In this document: positions 19,618-30,300 of the stretch, one piece after another | Layout: the number at the start of each line of letters is the position of its first letter | How positions within the stretch are numbered: position 1 is the stretch's first letter | From: Alphaproteobacteria bacterium | Lineage (GTDB): Bacteria > Pseudomonadota > Alphaproteobacteria > MPNO01 > UBA830 | Direction: 5' to 3' | DNA length: 64,000 nucleotides | NCBI GenBank assembly: GCA_965243135.1 | Contig: OZ251539.1 | Location: 2,689,812-2,753,811, forward strand | Position numbers and translations under genes: made by a program | Notes under the pieces: model-generated | What the model was told of the DNA's origin: nothing | Databases searched by the model: none | Seen by the model: only the letters and a program-made list of their open reading frames with translations

Positions 19618-20454
19618 ATGGAACTGCCTTTCAGAAAGATGCACGGGCTCGGAAACGACTTCGTGGTGATCGACGCGCGTCCGGGGGAGCCGTGGGCCGG
19701 ATTCGCCGTCGATTCCGCCTGGGCGGCCGCCGTCGCCGATCGCCATACCGGCGTCGGATGCGATCAGCTGGTCGCGATGGAAGAATCACCCGGCGGGCGC
19801 GAAGACGTCTTCATGCGAATCTGGAACGCCGACGGCGGCGAGGCGGGCGCCTGCGGCAACGCGGCCCGCTGCGTCGGGGCGCTGCTGATGGACGAGCGGG
19901 GCGCCGACGCCGTCCGCATCCGGACCGTCGCCGGCGCGCTGTCGGTCGCGCGCGCCGCCCGCGGCATGGTCGCGGTCGACATGGGCGCGCCGCGATTCTC
20001 GTGGGACCGGATACCGCTGAGCGGGCGGGCCGACACCCTGCACCTGAACCTCGGGCGCGGCCCGCTTTCCGATCCGGCGGCGGCCAGCATGGGCAATCCG
20101 CACGCGACCTTCTTCGTCGACGAGGTCGAAGCGATTCCGCTCGCCGAGATCGGGCCGGCGCTCGAGATCGATCCTCTTTTTCCCGAAGGCGCCAACATCG
20201 GCGTCGCCCGCATCGACGACGCCGACCGGATGCGCCTGCGGGTCTGGGAGCGCGGCGCCGGCGTCACGCTCGCTTGCGGCACGGCGGCCTGCGCCGCGGT
20301 CGCGAACGCCTGGCGCCGCGGCCTCGCCGGACGCGGCGTGACCGTCGCCATGGACGGAGGATCGCTGCGGATCGACTGGCGGGAGGACGACCGGATCCTC
20401 ATGACGGGGCCGGCGGAGACGAGCTTCCACGGACTGCTCGAGACGGGATCCTGA
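19618..20454 (+). CDS. dapF: diaminopimelate epimerase
   Basis: MELPFRKMHGLGNDFVVID...GACGNAARC...LACGTAACA, including both catalytic Cys motifs. It is the tail of track ORF 17470..20454. Confidence 0.9.
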   Translation: MELPFRKMHGLGNDFVVIDARPGEPWAGFAVDSAWAAAVADRHTGVGCDQLVAMEESPGGREDVFMRIWNADGGEAGACGNAARCVGALLMDERGADAVRIRTVAGALSVARAARGMVAVDMGAPRFSWDRIPLSGRADTLHLNLGRGPLSDPAAASMGNPHATFFVDEVEAIPLAEIGPALEIDPLFPEGANIGVARIDDADRMRLRVWERGAGVTLACGTAACAAVANAWRRGLAGRGVTVAMDGGSLRIDWREDDRILMTGPAETSFHGLLETGS

Positions 20455-20456
20455 TC

Positions 20457-21707
20457 GTGGACGCTCCCCGGATTCTCACTTTCGGATGCCGGCTGAACAG
20501 CTTCGAATCCGAGGTCATGCGCGAGCAGGCGGCGGCCGCCGGCGTGTCGAACGCGATTATCGTCAACGGCTGCGCGGTCACCGCCGAGGCCGAGCGGCAG
20601 GTGCGGCAGGCGATCCGCCGCGCCAGGCGGCGGCATCCGGAGGCGCGCATCGTCGTCACCGGTTGCGGCGCTCAGATCGCTCCCGAAAAATACGCCGCGA
20701 TGGAGGAGGTCGACCGGGTGGCGGGCAACGCCGAGAAGGTCGATGCCGATTTCTGGGCGGGGTTGGCGGAGGCGCCGCGCGTGTCGGTCGGCGACATCAT
20801 GGCCGCGCGCGAGACGGCGTCCCACATGGTCGCCGGCTTCGAAGGCAGGACGCGCGCTTTCGTCGAGATACAGCAGGGGTGCGATCACCGGTGCACTTTC
20901 TGCGTCATACCGTTCGGGCGCGGCGCGAGCCGCTCGTCGGCGCCGGGCGCGATCGTCGAGCAGGCGCGCCGCCTCGTCGCCGGAGGGTGCAGGGAAATCG
21001 TGCTGACCGGGGTCGACATAACGGATTACGGAAAGGACCTGCCGGGGGCGCCGACGCTGGGCGGGCTGGTTCGCCGGCTGCTGAAGCTGGTTCCCGGCCT
21101 GCCCCGGCTCAGGCTGAGCTCGATCGACCCGGCGGAGGCCGACGAGGACCTGTACGGCGCGATCGCTTCCGAACCCAGGTTGATGCCGCATCTTCACCTG
21201 AGCGCGCAGTCGGGCGACGACACGATCCTGAAGCGCATGAAGCGTCGGCATCTCCGCGCGGACATCGAAAACTTCGTCGCGCGCGCGCGGCGCCTCCGTC
21301 CCGACTCGGCGTTCGGCGCCGATCTCATCGCGGGCTTTCCCACCGAGACCGAGGAAGCCTTTCGCAACACGCTGTCCCTGGTGGAGGATTGCGAACTGAC
21401 ATGGCTGCACGTCTTTCCCTATTCCGAGCGTTCCGGGACGCCGGCGGCTCGAATGCCTCAGGTGCCGGGCGAGGCGAGGAAGGCGCGGGCGGCTCTTCTG
21501 CGGGCGGCCGGGGCGCGGCAGGCGCGGCGGTTTCTCGACGCACGCGTCGGCGGAACGGCCGACGTGCTGGTCGAGCGCGAGGGAGAAGGACGCTCGCCCC
21601 AGTTCGCCGTCGTGCGGCTCGAGGACGGGGCGGCGGCCGGCGTCATCGTTTCGGCGCGCATGCTGCGGCGCGACGGCGAAACCCTGTTGGCCCGGAAGGC
21701 GGCATGA
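20457..21707 (+). CDS. mtaB: tRNA methylthiotransferase MtaB (radical SAM, MiaB-like)
   Basis: GTG start 2 nt after the dapF stop. N-terminal FGCRLNSFESE and the radical-SAM motif CDHRCTFCVIP. Confidence 0.85.
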   Translation: MDAPRILTFGCRLNSFESEVMREQAAAAGVSNAIIVNGCAVTAEAERQVRQAIRRARRRHPEARIVVTGCGAQIAPEKYAAMEEVDRVAGNAEKVDADFWAGLAEAPRVSVGDIMAARETASHMVAGFEGRTRAFVEIQQGCDHRCTFCVIPFGRGASRSSAPGAIVEQARRLVAGGCREIVLTGVDITDYGKDLPGAPTLGGLVRRLLKLVPGLPRLRLSSIDPAEADEDLYGAIASEPRLMPHLHLSAQSGDDTILKRMKRRHLRADIENFVARARRLRPDSAFGADLIAGFPTETEEAFRNTLSLVEDCELTWLHVFPYSERSGTPAARMPQVPGEARKARAALLRAAGARQARRFLDARVGGTADVLVEREGEGRSPQFAVVRLEDGAAAGVIVSARMLRRDGETLLARKAA

Positions 21708-22639
21708 GCGACCGGCAGAAGGGAAGATGGTTCTCCCGTCTCCGCGACGGGTTGCGGCGCTCGTCGTCCCGGCTGTCCGACGGCATCGGCGCCATTTTCG
21801 CCGGGGGCAGGCTCGACGCCTCGACGCTGGAGGAACTGGAAGAGTTGTTGATCGCATCCGATCTCGGCGTCGCGACCGCGGCCAGGCTTTCGGCGTCGTT
21901 GGCGAAAACGCGCTTCGACGGGGAGGTTTCCGCGGACGAGGTCCGCGAGGCGATGGCGGACGAAATCGCCCGGATCCTCGAGCCGGTCGCCGTGCCGCTG
22001 GCGGCCGACCCCGCTCATCGGCCGCACGTCGTTCTCGTCGCGGGGGTGAACGGTTCGGGCAAGACGACCACCATCGGCAAGCTCGGGAAGCGTTTCGCGG
22101 AAGAGGGCAAGTCGGTCATGTTCGCGGCCGGCGACACGTTCCGGGCAGCCGCGATCGAACAGCTCCGGATCTGGGGCGAGCGGGCGGGCGCCCCGGTCGT
22201 CGCGAGAGATCCCGGGTCCGACGCGGCGAGTCTCGCCTTCGAGGCGGTGGACGCCGCCCGCGAGGCGGGGAGCGACGTATTGATCGTCGATACCGCGGGC
22301 CGGCTGCAGAACCGCGACGACCTTATGCAGCAGTTGCGGAAGATGGTGCGCGTGATCCGGAAGCAGGACGCGACGGCGCCCCACGATTGTCTGCTGGTGC
22401 TCGACGCCACGGTCGGACAGAACGCGCATTCGCAGGTGGAGACCTTCCGCGCTATGTGCGATCTAACGGGTCTCGTGGTGACCAAGCTGGACGGTTCCGC
22501 ACGGGGGGGCGCGCTCGTGGCTTTGGCGGAGAAGTTCGGCCTGCCCGTCCACGCCGTCGGGGTGGGCGAAGGGGAGGACGATCTCCGGCCGTTCGAGGCC
22601 CGGGCGTTCGCGCGCAGCCTGATGGGAATCGCGGACTGA
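21704..22639 (+). CDS. ftsY: signal recognition particle receptor FtsY
   Basis: The ATG overlaps the mtaB stop (ATGA). Motifs GVNGSGKTTTIGKL, DTAGRL and TKLDGSARGG. Confidence 0.92.
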   Translation: MSDRQKGRWFSRLRDGLRRSSSRLSDGIGAIFAGGRLDASTLEELEELLIASDLGVATAARLSASLAKTRFDGEVSADEVREAMADEIARILEPVAVPLAADPAHRPHVVLVAGVNGSGKTTTIGKLGKRFAEEGKSVMFAAGDTFRAAAIEQLRIWGERAGAPVVARDPGSDAASLAFEAVDAAREAGSDVLIVDTAGRLQNRDDLMQQLRKMVRVIRKQDATAPHDCLLVLDATVGQNAHSQVETFRAMCDLTGLVVTKLDGSARGGALVALAEKFGLPVHAVGVGEGEDDLRPFEARAFARSLMGIAD

Positions 22640-23086
22640 CGGCGTTCGGGGAGCGGCAAGAATTCGCGCCCTCGCAGTCGAACGGTCGACAAGTATTTGA
22701 TGGGAGACGACCAAGGACGTATGAATGCGAAGCGCTCCGGGCATACGGTTCATGGACATGAGGGCCAAGCCGTGGTGTCTGGCGCGCAAGGGAGGCGGGC
22801 ACCACGGTGCGGTCGGTCGGCGACAATGAGGCGGACAATGAGCGGTTCGTCATGCGGACAATGATCGCTTGCCTTAAGGCTAGCGTTACCTATAGGAAGT
22901 TCGACCGGGATGCGAACAATAGAAGGTGCCGCTACGCGCCCGGCGAGAAGCTCGCTTTGACATACGAGCCGTATTCAGTACGCTTGCGCTGCGTGTTGGC
23001 AGCGCTTCGCCTTCCGTCGACCGAAGCGCGGGCGACCCGGTCAATCGTCACGCACGGCTTCGGCATTGTGCGAAGAGGGCTCTAAC

Positions 23087-23779
23087 ATGCGGATCGAGCC
23101 GGAGATCGATGGGATTAATATCGTTTTGGTCGGCGATTTCAATCCGACTGTGTTCACGCCGGCGTGGTTCGCGCTGCATGAATTCCTGCCGAAGCCCGCC
23201 GCGGACGGCGCAAAGGTGGATACCATCCATCCGCAGTTAACGGTTTTTTCCTTCGATTGGCTCCGCTTGCAGGTCGGAACGGATCGCTTTGTCGCTGAAA
23301 CCGTGCAGGCACCCTATATTCGTGTATGCGACTTCGTCGGGCGCGTATTTACGGAACGCCCGGGTCAATCGTCGCTCAGGGCACTCGGAATCAACCGCGG
23401 CGTTCATTTTCGGGTGCGGGATCGCGCCGATATGGATCGCATCGGCAGAACTCTGGCGCCGGTGAAACCTTGGGGCTCTTGGGGACGAGGTCTCGAACCC
23501 GGCGGCGGGCATGGCGGCATGGCATCGCTTACAATGTCGCAAGTCAAAATCGAAGGAAGGCCATCCGACGACCGGATCAACGTTAGAGTGGAACCGTCTG
23601 ATCTAATTACTGGTCAAGGACGCGCCGGGATTCGCGTGCATGTCAACGATCATTATACAACGAGCGATACGGGTCCTGGAGCCAGTGAACGTTTGTTGAC
23701 AATTATCAAGAGCGGTTTCGATGGCTCCTTGGCGCAAAGCGGCGAAATCGTCGATCATGTCATGTCCTTGGCAGAATGA
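23087..23779 (+). CDS. hypothetical protein (230 aa), first gene of a 3-gene cassette
   Basis: ATG at 23087 (MRIEPEIDGINIVLVGDFNPTVFTPAWF...). Composition is ordinary. It ends 15 nt before the next ORF. No family confidently recognised. Confidence 0.5.
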   Translation: MRIEPEIDGINIVLVGDFNPTVFTPAWFALHEFLPKPAADGAKVDTIHPQLTVFSFDWLRLQVGTDRFVAETVQAPYIRVCDFVGRVFTERPGQSSLRALGINRGVHFRVRDRADMDRIGRTLAPVKPWGSWGRGLEPGGGHGGMASLTMSQVKIEGRPSDDRINVRVEPSDLITGQGRAGIRVHVNDHYTTSDTGPGASERLLTIIKSGFDGSLAQSGEIVDHVMSLAE

Positions 23780-23794
23780 CAGGAAATCCGGTCG

Positions 23795-24394
23795 ATGCAT
23801 CAGGCAGATCTCTCCACCGCAATGTCGCAAGCCAATAGGTCCGAGACGCGCGATAGTTTCGACTCGGAAATCGCGCATGAGGATATCGTTCGGCGTGCGG
23901 TGGCAAGGTTCGATCTCGAGTTCAGGCGCGGGATCGACGCTACCCAGGGAACCAGCACGCACCAGGCCAACGCGAGTTCCCGATCGCCTGTTACCGACCG
24001 TAGGCAGGTCGACCTTTCCCGAATCGTGGATTTGCCGAGATTGCCGGTTCGGCGAATGCCCGCGACGCGGTTTCATGCCCTGCAGGAGTGGGAGGGCTAT
24101 GTCGTCGAGATCGGCGGCAAGGAATTCACGGCGCGGCTGACCGACATCACGGCCGGAGCGTCGTATGAGCAGGAAGAAGCGATTATCCCCCTTTCGGAGG
24201 TCTCGGACGGCGATGCCGAGAAGATGCGCGAGGGGAGCGTCTTCCGCTGGGTGATCGGTTACGAACGCTCTGCCTCCGGAACCAAGAAGCGCGTTTCCCA
24301 GATCGTGTTTCGCGACCTTCCGGCGATCACCGAGGCCGACCTGCGAGCCGGCAAAGCGTGGGCACGGGAGACGATGCGGTCGTTCGGGTTGTGA
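23795..24394 (+). CDS. hypothetical protein (199 aa), second gene of cassette
   Basis: ORF with AGGAAA upstream. The C-terminal half (WEGYVVEIGGKEFTARLTDITAG...VFRWVIGYERS) looks globular. Its stop overlaps the GTG of the next gene (GTGA). Confidence 0.45.
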   Translation: MHQADLSTAMSQANRSETRDSFDSEIAHEDIVRRAVARFDLEFRRGIDATQGTSTHQANASSRSPVTDRRQVDLSRIVDLPRLPVRRMPATRFHALQEWEGYVVEIGGKEFTARLTDITAGASYEQEEAIIPLSEVSDGDAEKMREGSVFRWVIGYERSASGTKKRVSQIVFRDLPAITEADLRAGKAWARETMRSFGL

Positions 24395-25466
24395 CGGCGG
24401 CGGAAACGCTTCCGGGACATGACGAGATCGAACTTGCGCTTTTCGGCCCGGGGTACGGCGAGAGCGTCGTCATGCATATCGGCGACGGTGAATGGGTGGT
24501 CGTCGACTCCCGCATCGACAAGGACGGCAGACCGAACGCTCTGACCTATCTGGAGAACCTCGGCCTCGATCCGGCCGAAGTTGTCGTTCTGATCGTGGCG
24601 ACTCACTGGCACGACGACCATATCCGCGGGATGGAGCGCGTGGTCGAGGCACAGGGCCCGCTTTTGTTGCTCGGCTGCGCTAGGTCTCCAGGAATTTCTT
24701 TCCATTGTCGGCGCTCTCGAAGACCGCAGCTTTTCCGGTTTCGGTTCCGGGGTTCGGGAACTTCACGGCGTCTTCACCCGACTTCGCGGAGCGGCGTCGA
24801 GGCCGACGTTCGCCCTCGCCAACCAACGCGTTCCCATGCGCAACGAGTGCGAGATCTGGTCCCTCTCGCCCGACAGCGGAGTCTTCCAGAATTTCCTGAA
24901 ATCTATCGACGGTCTCGTGCCCGGCACCGGTCAAACCAAGGCTCGACTTCCCGGCCCGACGCCCAACGAGGCGGCGGTCGCGCTCTGGGTCGAGGTCCAA
25001 GACATCGCGGTATTGCTTGGGGCGGACTTGGAGAAGTCGGGCTGGACAGTCATTTTGCGAAGCAAGGAGCGTCCTGTCGGCAAGGCGTCGGCGTTCAAGG
25101 TCCCGCATCACGGATCCGCGAACGCCGACGAACGGGAGGTATGGACGCGAATGTTGGAGTCGGCTCCCTTCGCCGTGCTTGCGCCTTGGCGCAGAGGCGG
25201 CCATGCCCTTCCGGGCGAGAACGACGCGCAGCGCATTCTTTCGCGCACAGGGAATGCCTACGCGACCGCGAAAGACAGCCGACGTGCGCCCAGGCGCCGG
25301 GAAAGAATGGTCGAGCGGAGCATCCGGGAGTCCGGCCTCCAACTTCGAGAGCTGGCGATGTCCCCCGGCTGGCTTAGGTTACGGCGGCCGCTCCACCCAA
25401 AGGCGCAATGGTACAGTCGAGAAGTTTGGGACCGCGTGCCATCTCAAGGACTTCGCTGCGCCGTAG
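24391..25466 (+). pseudogene. MBL-fold metallo-hydrolase (ComEC-type beta-lactamase domain) with two apparent frameshifts
   Basis: The HxHxDH motif (THWHDDH) is in frame 1 (track ORF 24358..25377). The continuation FCCSAALGLQEFLS...KVPHHGSANAD is in frame 2 (open upstream of track ORF 24836..25801), with the shift near 24650-24661. A natural-looking end, TVEKFGTACHLKDFAAP-stop, is in frame 0 at 25466, with that shift near 25400. Confidence 0.6.
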
Positions 25467-25844
25467 CCGACCGCGACGGCGGGCGTCCGACAAAGCCCGC
25501 GCAAGTCGGCCCGATCAAGCGCGGCCGCCGATCGTCGAACCCGAGTCCGAAAGCGCGAGGAGACTTCATTTCCGGCGACCATCGCACTTCCGAAGGAGCG
25601 CGGCGGCCGTTGACGCCCTCGCGGGCGGGTGCTGTCCTCGCAGCTGTCTACGGACGCGGAGGTTTCCGTTCGCGCTCTGGCTTCATGGGGAGCCCGCGGG
25701 TAATCAACGGAGAAGCGAAGTCGCGAAACAAGACCGGCAAAATCATCGGCCGCGCCCACGATTGCGGCGATTGCAAACGGTTTGCGCTTTCGCCGATATA
25801 GGGCGGCTCGACGCCGCTGTCATCACGAACAACGGAAACGCGAA

Positions 25845-26888
25845 ATGACCGAATCCAGACGATCTTTTCTCGGCAGCGGCGTTGCCGCGGCGCTGGGAGC
25901 CTCCGCGTTGGCCGCGTCGGCGGCGCATGGCCGCCCGACGATTCGCTGGCGCCTTCAGACCTATGCGAATCCGGCCCTTGCGGAACATGTCGTCAAGCCC
26001 GCGGTGGACGCTTTCAACCGGGCCGCCAACGGCGAAATGGAGATCGAGCTCTTTTTCGCCGACCAGCTCGCGCCCGCAAGCGAGCTTTTCGAGGCGTTGC
26101 GGAACGGCACGGTCGACATCGCGCAATCCGACGACGATTCGATCGCCGCTCCGACCGACGTATCCGTGTTCGGAGGCTATTTTCCGCTTGCCCTGCGATA
26201 CAGCCTCGACGTGCCCGTCCTGTTCAGCCGCTACGGGCTCGGCGAAATCTGGGATGCCGCCTACGCTGAAGTCGGCGGCGTCAAATGGCTGTCGGCGGGC
26301 GCGTGGGACCCGTGCCATTTCGCGACAAGGAAACCGATCCGGCGGCTGGCCGATCTGGAGGGCAAACGCATTTTCACCTTTCCGACCGCCGGACGCTTTC
26401 TCCGGAGATTCGGGGTAGTCCCCGTCACGCTGCCATGGGACGAAGTGGGATCGGCGATGCGGAACGGGGCGCTCGACGGCATCGCGTGGTCGGGAATCAC
26501 GGAGAACTACACGGTCGGCTGGGCGGACGTGACCGAATACTTCCTCACGAACAACATCTCGGGGGCCTGGATCGGCCATTTTTTCGCGAACGAGGATCGC
26601 TGGAACGCCCTTCCTGAGCACCTCAAAACGTTGTGGCGTCTGGCGATGGATTCGTCCCATTATTACCGTCAGCACTGGTACTGGGGCGGCGAGGCCGATC
26701 TCAGGACTCGGGGATCCAGAATGCAACTCACCTCCATTCCGGCCGAGGAATGGGCCACGGTCGAAGCCGAGGCCGACCGGTTCTGGGACGAGATTGCGGC
26801 AGTCAGTCCGCGTGCGAGGCAAGTGGTCGAGATTTTCCGGCAATACAACGCCATCATGGCGAAAGCGGGCCAACCTTACCGCTGTTAG
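25845..26888 (+). CDS. TRAP-type substrate-binding protein with Tat-like signal; orphan (no adjacent permeases)
   Basis: MTESRRSFLGSGVAAALGASALAASAAHG twin-arginine signal followed by a DctP-like body. It is the tail of track ORF 25782..26888. Confidence 0.8.
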   Translation: MTESRRSFLGSGVAAALGASALAASAAHGRPTIRWRLQTYANPALAEHVVKPAVDAFNRAANGEMEIELFFADQLAPASELFEALRNGTVDIAQSDDDSIAAPTDVSVFGGYFPLALRYSLDVPVLFSRYGLGEIWDAAYAEVGGVKWLSAGAWDPCHFATRKPIRRLADLEGKRIFTFPTAGRFLRRFGVVPVTLPWDEVGSAMRNGALDGIAWSGITENYTVGWADVTEYFLTNNISGAWIGHFFANEDRWNALPEHLKTLWRLAMDSSHYYRQHWYWGGEADLRTRGSRMQLTSIPAEEWATVEAEADRFWDEIAAVSPRARQVVEIFRQYNAIMAKAGQPYRC

Positions 26889-27334
26889 TTCGGCGGCTTT
26901 TTCCGCTCTTGTGCCGGCTCGCCGCGCTTCTGCCCGGCGCGCCGAGGAAAGGAGAAAACTGATCGTATGCGCCAACTCTTTGTCCGTCGCGCAGCCGACT
27001 TCGAGTCGGGGCTGCCCGCCTGCGAGGTTGGCGAGATCCTGCCGGCCCCTGCCGCCCGGCTGCGTTCTCCTTGCGGCGAATTGACTCGCCAGCCCCCCAA
27101 CGGCGGAAACTGCCGGTCGTCTGCGTTGCGCTTCCGACCTCGTAGGGGGTATATGATCGCCAAGATTTTCGTAGACCTTTCCGGGAGCTTCGGTACTGTC
27201 TGGCTCGGGAAAATTTTCTCGCTTCGCGGCAGTTCGTCCATTGGCGATGACGCCTCCTCTGCGGCTACCCGCGAATGCTGTCCGTCTTGGCGGGAATTGA
27301 CGTAATCTTGGCGCATGCGCTTGAGGAAGAGGCC

Positions 27335-30300
27335 ATGGAACCGCCTCCACGGGCAGTTTACGACGACCCTGCACGCCACTGGGACTTCTTGACCCGGCCC
27401 TCGGACGACGACTTCGAAGGTCAGCACTTCGACCGCAAGGAGGCTGGCCAAAGGACGAGCGAAGCTCGGAGACTCGAAAAGCAACTGAAACGACTCCGGG
27501 ATGGTATCGCCGAAACGGTTTCCGCCTTCGCCAACAGCAATGTCGAGGGCGGCCTCCTCGTGATCGGAATCGCTTCCAACGGCGCCGTCGAAGGCGTCAA
27601 CCATCTGACGGAGCGGCAGAAGAACAGCCTCACCGACATTGGGAGCCTGCTCCACTTTCAGGCGGCCGAAGCGAAGCTTCACGTATGCACGGACTCAGCT
27701 GGCCAAAGCAACGCCATCTGTCTGATCTATACCCCCTATGCGGACAGCGGCATCTGCGAAACGCCGGGATCTGCACCGAAAGCGTGGGAGCGACGCGGCC
27801 CCCAGAACGTGCCCGTTACGCTGGAGATGCGAGAGCGGCTCAGAGACAGGAAAAATCTTTCGAATTTCGAAAATGCGTTCTGTTGCCCCTATGACCCAAC
27901 CGATCTCTCGAATGACGTTCTTGCGGAGTTCCGCAAGGTGTTTCTCCCGGAAGCGGTTAAGGACTTCTCGGACGAACGGCTGCTTTATGAGGCGGGGGCG
28001 CTGATCCGCAGGGATGGAGAATACTGGTTTACGAATGCCGGGCTTCTGTTCTTCGGATCGAATCCGCAACGGGTGCTTCCTGCATCGCACGTCCGCTTGT
28101 TGCGATTCGGAGCGATCTCTGGGGATTTCGCTAAGCGCGGGCTGCCTACATTCGACCAGAAGTTTACGGGCCCGGTAACGAAGCAGATCCGCGAAGCGAG
28201 GACGTTCTTCAGAGAATCCGCGTTCTTCAAGCGATATCAAAAGCGTCGGGAGGCAGGCGGCTTCGCCGAGGAACCCGAGTTTCCGCCCACCGTCATCGAC
28301 GAGGCCATAGTGAACGCCGTGGCGCATCGGGACTATCGGACCGCCATACCGATCGAATGCGAAGCCTACGCGGATGCCTTCGTCGTCAAGAACCCAGGCC
28401 GGATGACGCAACGTGACGCCGATCTTCCATCCCGTTTCTCGTTGGCGGATGTCGTGCTCGACTCGATGCCTAGGAATCCCAAGATTTTGGAGTGGTTGAA
28501 GCTGATGCGGGATCCCCGCGGCGCAGCGTACGTACAAGCCATCAGCGAAGGCACGAAGCAGATGGTCACGGCCATGGAAGATCTCGGATTGCCCGCTCCT
28601 TCATTCCGCCTGGCCTCGAACGAGACATTGATCAAGATCGAAAGCAAAGCTGAAGAACGCGAAGCCGCTATCCTGGCCGCGAACGAAGACAAGCCAACGG
28701 AATTCTGCAATCTGTTTCTCCTGAGGTTTCGACAGCAAGGAAATCCGGTCGGGTACGATGCCTTCGGCTCGCGGTATGGAGAGATCGTCAAGACGCTGCG
28801 CGACGCTCTCAAGGGAAACGGATGGCATATCGACAGGGATGGATTCAGCAGGATATTGGCGCATAGAAAAGGCATGGAGCTTGAAGCGCCGGAAGACGTG
28901 AGATCCATTTTGCGTTTCTATCCAGCGTACGAATTCCAGATTCGAGAGTATCATCGGCGCTATTATTTGTGCATCGACTATAAATGCTTGGCTCTCAACG
29001 TAAGGAAGCTCTCCGTTGCGAGACAACGACTCGCCCGAACCGATCTGGAAGGCCGACGTTGCATCGCGGAGAAGCACGGATGGAGGGAAGGCCGTCTGTC
29101 TGAATTCGGCGACGAATTCGCGCAAGTCCGGTTCTTTGATACCGAAACGGAAGAGTCCGTTTCCGTCGATAAAGTTATTCCCAATGTCTCCAATGCGATG
29201 TTGGAAACCATGCTGAAGAAGGAAGGATCCTCGTTCGATTTCTCTGCTGCGCTCCGAAAGCACAGTTTGGTCACGAGGTCGAACGCCGCGAAGGAACGGG
29301 CGGAGAGAACGCTGACTATGGCGAATCATATTGCGGATACGGTGTTTCCATTGCGACATTGCGACCTCGACATAGACGTCGTTTCCGATCCGGTTCGACT
29401 TTCTGAACGAAAAGGATCTTCGAAAGGCGAAATGTTCGTTCGACGCTTGCCGGAGCCGGAGGCGGAGTTTCGGCAACGCGAGCTGTCGCGAGATATCCGG
29501 ACCGGAATCACGAAGTACGGTGCATATGACGATCAACCGCAGCGGATCGAGCTGATTCCCGTTTGCACGAATTCGATGCGAAAGGGAATGGAAAAATTGA
29601 TCGGTCGCTTGGTAGGGGGACGGCATAGATACCGTGGATCCGAACGCACTTTTGCGGCGGAGTTCTCGTATTCGACGATCGTCTCCGTGGATCGCGTCGA
29701 AAATATCCGGGGAGAAATCGAACGTCTGCTGGACCGGCGGCCAAAAGGCCACGCCGACGCACGGTCCCTCTTTCTCGTTTACGCTCCGGAAGAGGGCTAT
29801 TCACGCGATGACCATACGGCGCCATATTTCGCCAACAAGAGACTGTTGCTGGAAAGAGGCGCGCCCTGTCAGATGGTTGATACGCCGACACTTGAGAACG
29901 CCGATTGGAAGGACCTGAATCTGGCCTTGAACATCTGCGCCAAATGCGGCGTTCGACCCTGGGTCTTGCCCGATAGAATCCCGGAAGCGGATTTTTTCGT
30001 GGGACTGTCCTATACGCAATCCGAAGACGGTCGGCGAATCATGGGTTTTTCCAACGTATTCAACAGCTACGGCAGGTGGGAGTTCTATCGCGGAAATGCC
30101 TCGTATTTTGATTTCGAGGATCGAAGCGTTCGGCTTGCCGGTTTGATTGAATCAACGTTAGAAAGACTCGAATCCCGACTGTCTTCGACTCCTCGTGTGG
30201 TGTTCCAATACTCCGCAAGGCTTTCGCGGCTTGACCGGATGGCGATTCTCAGGGCAGCCCGCAAGATTCGTCCGGAAGGAATTTATTCTTTCGTCTGGAT

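Noticed and set aside
22640-23086. Search for att-type direct repeats, an integrase or a tRNA at the island borders (also at 30698..30950).
   Set aside because: No matching repeat between the two borders was seen and no recombinase ORF is present. The only tRNA (8751..8827) is about 14 kb from the island.
26885-27682. A 265-aa minus-strand ORF overlapping the pAgo-fusion start and its upstream region; considered as a possible partner gene.
   Set aside because: It has no family resemblance, poor composition, and is antisense to the well-supported AlbA_2 domain coding region.
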